From positions 728,972-792,971 of the forward strand of contig MU055458.1 in NCBI GenBank assembly GCA_013239625.1: a stretch of DNA of 64,000 nucleotides. Direction: 5' to 3'. The position numbers were made by a program, and so were the translations under genes. The notes under the pieces were generated by a model. That model searched no databases. It had not been told where the DNA came from and saw only the letters and a program-made list of their open reading frames with translations. Position 1 is the first letter of the stretch. Every line of letters starts with the position of its first letter. Below are positions 62,813 through 64,000 of this stretch, piece by piece. Origin of the DNA: Lama guanicoe (Eukaryota).

Positions 62813-64000
62813 CTGCACGCGGGAGAGGGTGGGGAAAGGTGCTGTAAGGGGCGGGGAGTGGGCAGGGAGCTGGGGACAAAGGCGAGGAGCAGCTGATCCC
62901 ACCATCTAGTTGGTCCTCCCCCGAGCCGCCACCAACCGACCGCAGCTCCAGCACCATGGCTGGGGGAGTCTCCACAGGAAGGGCTGTCTGTGGAGGGGGC
63001 CTGAGCATGGCCACAGAAGGGTGGCCTTGGCTCCATCAGTCCCTGCCTCTGGATGCCAGGTCAGGGAGGCCCGCAGACAGTGCTCCGCAGAGCAGCTGGC
63101 CCAGCCCTCTGGATCCCACACCTGCTCCCACTTGCCTCCAAATCTCCCCTGCAAGCGTTGCTTCTGTCACGCTCCCCTTCCTTTGTTCCAGGTCTAGTCT
63201 GAGCCTCCTTTATCACCAGGCCAGCTGGTGAGTGGGACTCAGCCTGGCCGTGAACGCACAGAGCCGCTTCTGGGAGCCCCATCAGGCTCTGATCTCACCC
63301 CAGCCGAGAGCTACCGCCCTTAAGGTGACAGACAGGTGTGGGGCAGAAATGCATCTGAATGCAGATCAAAACCACCTCCAGATTTAGACACCCTAACTGC
63401 CAAGATATCGGGACCTGTTTCTTTAGGGAATCAGCACTCGAGCAGGGAGGGGCCACTGAGGTGTGATGGAGCCATGGGCACAGATGTGGAGGCCACAGGA
63501 CTGAGCCGACCCCTCATGACTAAAACAGGCCCGGGGCTGGGCCGCCAGAAAGTCAGAGACAAGACAAGGACATGATACCACCCTGGCACGTGAGGCCAAG
63601 GAGAGCTAAAAAGCAGAACGACCACCGATGAACACGGAAGCCTGGTCACCAGTGGCCTTGTGACAGCCGGCACCCACCCCTGGTTTGCTGCGCCCCAGGC
63701 CCAACGCTCACAGCCGCTAACTCAGAGAATCCCCACGCCGGCCCCCAAGTGAGGACAACGCCCATCCCCACAGCAGAGGGCTGAGAGGCCGCCCAGCGCC
63801 CCGCAGACGCAGGTGCCCACCAGCTCAGGACAGAGGCGTGGGGGGAGCCCAGAGGGCACTGCTGTCCTTTCTCTTCAACCATGCCATCCTATGTGGCTAT
63901 GCACCCTCTCTCCAGTCTTTACACTGTGTGGGTATTTTATCCACTTTCACAGGGACTCGGTAGTTAATTTAGACAGTAGTAAGAGAACACAGGCAGACAC

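Overview
GC-rich mammalian genomic DNA. Two tRNA-Ala-derived SINEs look like the camelid family, so the source is probably camel or alpaca (inference). The whole window lies inside CABIN1 (calcineurin-binding protein 1) on the minus strand. I read 14 coding exons with GT/AG boundaries and consistent phases, roughly human exons 17-33 (numbering recalled from memory). Three expected exons are absent from the readable sequence; splice-phase arithmetic and flanking acceptor signals place them in three of the four N gaps. Introns hold ordinary repeats (L1, L2, MIR, MER58, MER63, SINEs, an LTR-like piece). The most interesting signal is in the ~22-kb intron (4976-27074). It has a CpG island with a minus-strand ATG followed directly by a phase-0 donor (ATG|GTGAGC) and a palindrome-flanked MEF2 site, and further upstream more MEF2 sites and full CRE palindromes. 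Together these suggest a calcium/MEF2-inducible internal promoter making a short Cabin1 that keeps only the C-terminal calcineurin- and MEF2-inhibitory region, a possible negative-feedback loop. This is a hypothesis from motifs, not shown by expression data. Almost all ORFs in the six-frame track are GC-rich noise.
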